DNA from: Chiloscyllium plagiosum
Taxonomy: Eukaryota
Assembly: GCF_004010195.1 (NCBI RefSeq)
Contig: NC_057718.1
Span: forward strand, 103,368,754 to 103,405,915
Direction: 5' to 3'
DNA length: 37,162 nucleotides
Below, in pieces: positions 33,560 to 37,162 of this stretch. The notes beneath the pieces are model-generated. The model searched no databases and was not told where the DNA came from. It was given only the letters and a program-made list of their open reading frames with translations. Each line of letters opens with the position of its first letter. Positions within the stretch are counted from its first letter, which is position 1. Made by a program: the position numbers and the translations under genes.

Positions 33560-34560
33560 AACAACAATAACTTGAATTTCTACCGTAAAATATCCCTGGG
33601 CAATTCACAGGAGACACCAACACACTCAATTTGACACTGAAGCACAAAGATAATATTACAGTAACTGATCAAAAAACCCAAGTCATGAGGGAAGGTCTAG
33701 AAGAGAGGCAGCAGAGAGGTTAGGAAGAAGGAGAAAAATAAATCCAGATTATGGGACGCAACTGATAACGTGAGAGAGACCAAAGTTGGGGTATATGCCA
33801 GAATTAGCCGAGAGCACACAGATCTTGGAGAGTTGTAGGGGCTGCAGAGGTGGGGGTGGGAGAAGAGCAGGCCACAGAGAGAATTGGAAACAAGGATGAG
33901 AATTTTAAAATTCGGAATTAATGAGAAGTCATCAAAGGTCAGCCAGCATGGCTGATGGATGATAGGCTGGGACAGAAGCAGCCGAGATCTGGATGACTTC
34001 AAGTTTCCAGAGAACAGGACACAGAAGACCAGCCAGAATTACATTGAAACATTCAAGTGTGGAGGTTACAAAGCTCTGACGATGAGTCTTACAGGACTCG
34101 TAAAATTAATTGTCTTTCGCTCTCCACAGAGGCTACCAGACCTGCTGAGTTTCTCCATGACTTTCTGTTTTGATTGCAGATCCCTGCAGTGTTTTTGCTA
34201 TGGAGGTAACCTACACAGGGATGAGGATGACACCAGTGGACACCCTTCAGCCAGTGTGCAGTCCAGCAATATGACTGAGATGGAAATGAGAGGCCTTATC
34301 CAAACAGCAAGCATGTGGTCGGGATTTCTCCTGGGCGTGAAGGTAACACCAAAGGCACGAGCTGGCTAGTTTGACCCCAGGAAAGGGAATGTAGTCAGCA
34401 CTGAGGGAACAGAGTTGGGAGGTTGTGAATGAAGACAAGTGTTTTCCAAGGACCTTCTTGATGTTTACTTTGAGGAACTCTCTGCACATCCAAGATTAGA
34501 CGGCAGACAAGCAGTGCAACAGTTCAGAGACAGTGGGAGGGGTCAATAAAGGCAGTGGTG
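33560..34560 (-). mobile_element. L2-clade LINE remnant (with a hairpin-family fragment at ~34110-34200)
   Basis: ORF 33697-34002 reads CWL...NFKILILVSNSLCGL...PYNSPRSVCS, resembling the L2 ORF2 C-terminal 'HWLP..FKILLL.YKSLHGL..PY.P.RSLRS' motif. Confidence 0.65.
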
Positions 34561-35419
34561 GGCTCAATCATTGTGTGCCTGGTGTACGTGTGAAGAATGA
34601 TGCTGTGTGATAGACACCCAGTTAGATGTCATCCACAGCAAAGTTATACAAGTTCCTTTTTTGCAAAGAAAACAATGAATCCCTTTTAACAAAAAACAAC
34701 TTGGTCAGCATGGACCAGTAGGATCTGTTCCGTGTTGTAGGACTCCAATACTCTAATAGAAAATCTGACCTTTATTGCTAATTATTCAATGGAAACCCAC
34801 CATACTTTTTCCTTTGCAATTTTCTCTGGAGTCCAATACAGTGAAGGGGGGGTGGGGGGGAGGGGAAGGTCCCTCTGGGCTTTTTGTGGGTGAACCACAG
34901 AAACGTAACAGCAAGTTACTTTGTTGATCTTTGTTGTTAACTTGCTAAAAAAAAAATATGCCCCCAAAATTAAGATGCCATAAAAAGCCCCCAAGTCTGC
35001 AGGACTTTCCACACATTTTAAGACAAACCGTCTCAGGGGATTGCAGAGAACTTGAGATGAAGTCAAATTGTTAACCATTCGGCCTGGAACAAGGCTTAAA
35101 GAAAATGTCAAATGCAAGATGCATTATAAAAATGAAATGAAATGGCAAACTGCCAAGGAAAATAATAAAGCAGCCGCTTTTGTTAGAATGTATCCCTGTA
35201 TTAAATAACAAGGCGGATACACTTAAAACAATACCTGTTTACTTTAGCCTCAGTGTTGAAATGTTCTCCTTATGTGATATTTATGGATGGGGTAGCCCAT
35301 TCAGTCCACCTTAACCTGTCCATCCAGGGTAACCCTAACTTTAACAAACAACTTCATCACAGAGAACTCTATCCAAGTGGGAATGATTTCTTTTGTGAGA
35401 AAGTTCTTTTAAAAAAAAG

Positions 35420-35740
35420 CTCACTGGCTAGGCCAGCATTTATTGCCCATCCCTAACTGCCCAGTGGGTTATTAAAAATCAGACACATTGCTGTGGGCCT
35501 GGAGTCACATGTAGGCAGGGTAAGGATGGCAGTCTCCTTCCTTAATGAACCAGATGGGTTTTTTTCCCCCTGACAATCAACAATGGATTCATGGTCGCCA
35601 TTCGACTCCTAATTCCAGAGTTTTATTGATTTCAAGTTCAATCATCTGCTTTGGTGGGATTTGAATTCAGGTCCCCAGAACATTACTTGGGCCTCTGGAT
35701 TAACAGCCCAGTGATAACACCACTGAGCTATCACCTCTCT
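35420..35740 (-). mobile_element. tRNA-derived SINE (same family as 23420/29722), near full length
   Basis: ctggctaggccagcatttattgcccatcccta...ggagtcacatgtagg...ggtgggatttgaattcagg...gataacaccactgagctatcacctc. Confidence 0.82.
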
Positions 35741-36266
35741 TTAAGTTCCTTTTATCAGCTGTAGCACACACCCCCGACTTCCACCTGTCGTTCCTTGCCT
35801 GGCAAACACAGTTTAAGTTCTCACGTGAACAGTGAATTCACCTTGTCCCGCAGCATTTATCACCCCTGCACTGAGGGAACAGCTATTGGGCACAGTCTTT
35901 TAGAGTAAACTCAGAGAATAGCCACGGTGCCAAGTGAAAATATTCAGCCCATTGTGCCTGCACACCCGTCTGAATAAATGATTTGCCTGTTCTCTGCCTT
36001 AACCCTCAACCCTACACCTCCATCCTTTTCAGATAACAGTCTCACTCTCTTTCTGAATGTTGTGACTTGAAGCTGCTTCCACCTCACTCTCAGGGAGCGT
36101 TCCCCAGACCTTAATCACCCGATGCCTGTCAGTGCTCCTTTTCTTAATTACTTTAAATCTCTTGTTCACTATCTCCAAATAGAAAGGTAATGTTGACCTT
36201 ATATCCTGCAATATTTACCAAACCCCCTTTCCTCGGCCCTGCCAGAGTTTAGCCTCCTGAGTTTGT

Positions 36267-36585
36267 GGGGGGCACTGTGGCACAGTGGTTAGCACTGCTG
36301 CCTCACAGCGCCAGAGACCCGGGTTCAATTCCCGCCTCAGGCGACTGACTGTGTGAAGTTTGCACATTCTCCCCGTGTCTGTGTGGGTTTACTCCAGGTG
36401 CTCCGGTTTCCTCCCACAGTCCAAAGATTAGGTGAATTGGCCATGCTAAATTGCCCGTAGTGTTAGGTAAGGGGTAAATGTAGGGGTATGGGTGGGTTGC
36501 GCTTCGGCGGGTCGGTGTGGACTTGTTGGGCCGAAGGGCCTGTTTCCACACTATAATGTAATGTAATGTAATCTAATCTAATCTA
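36267..36585 (+). mobile_element. HE1-type V-SINE, near full length
   Basis: Pol III A box TGGCACAGTGG (36278-36288), B box GGTTCAATTCC (36322-36332), V-domain tttgcacattctccccgtgtctg...gtttcctcccacagtccaaaga, CR1-like tail gggccgaagggcctgtttcc, and a (TAATG/TAATC)n end. Confidence 0.92.
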
Positions 36586-36837
36586 GTCTGCCATTCCTGG
36601 CAGCTGGCTCAGTCCCCCAGGTCTCATTGGCAGCTCAGGAACGGGAACATTTCCGTCGGCTTCTGATAATATGCTCTTCCAGACCTTAAACCAACTCAAC
36701 CTGCAGTATACCAATGTGGAGCCTTAGCAAGGCCTGTGGCACCTCTGGGAAAAATGGTGCCAGGGTGGGTAGTGTCAGCTAAATAGCTCATTAGGTGACC
36801 AATAACACGAGCATCCAAGGTCATCGCCACAAGGGAC

Positions 36838-37162
36838 TAGAGGGAGAGAAAGTGAGATAGAGGGAGAGAGAGTGGGACAGAGGGAGAGAAAGTGGAATGG
36901 AGGGAGAGAATGGGATAGCGGGAGAGTGTGGGACAGAGGGAGAGAGAGTGGGACATAGGGAGAGAGTGGGAGAGAGGGAGAGAGAGTGGGATAGAGGGAG
37001 AGAATGTGGAGGAGAGGAGAGAGTGGGATAGAGGGACAGACAATAGAATGGATGGAGAGAGCATGGGATAGAGACAGGGATAGGGAGGGGAGAGAATGTG
37101 GAATAGAGGGACAGGACAGTGGGGTGGAGGGAGAGTGTGGGATAGAGGGAGAGATAGTGGGA
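36838..37162. repeat. GA-rich degenerate ~20-bp tandem repeat (GGGAGAGAGAGTGGGATAGA-like)
   Basis: Read directly; runs off the window end. Confidence 0.88.

Noticed and set aside
36267..36345. tRNA gene
   Set aside because: tRNA-derived SINE head that continues into a V-domain and has no full cloverleaf.

Overview
Vertebrate genomic DNA, very likely from a shark or other cartilaginous fish (inferred from an HE1-type V-SINE, Deu-domain SINEs, CR1 LINEs and Penelope-like remnants). The only genuine gene is the 3' end of a TALE-homeobox Meis gene (MEIS1-like) on the minus strand. It comprises a 90-nt exon (16418-16507), the 96-nt alternative stop exon (15979-16074, short C-terminus ...EGQWHYM*), the last exon (13064-13350, long C-terminus ...VMDIHAQ*) and a ~1.28-kb 3'UTR with AATAAA at 11807-11812. 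Upstream (16508-37162) is one long TE-rich intron in which I did not find the preceding homeodomain exon. Downstream lies an ~8.8-kb, 33-bp minisatellite (~250 sequenced units plus a 500-N gap) that arose by tandem amplification of an 11-codon motif of CR1 ORF2 inside a CR1 copy; all long ORFs at 1.7-10.6 kb are by-products of it. The intron also carries several Penelope-like hairpin elements with minimal hammerhead-ribozyme motifs. The intact cores lie antisense to Meis, while the sense-strand copies are broken.
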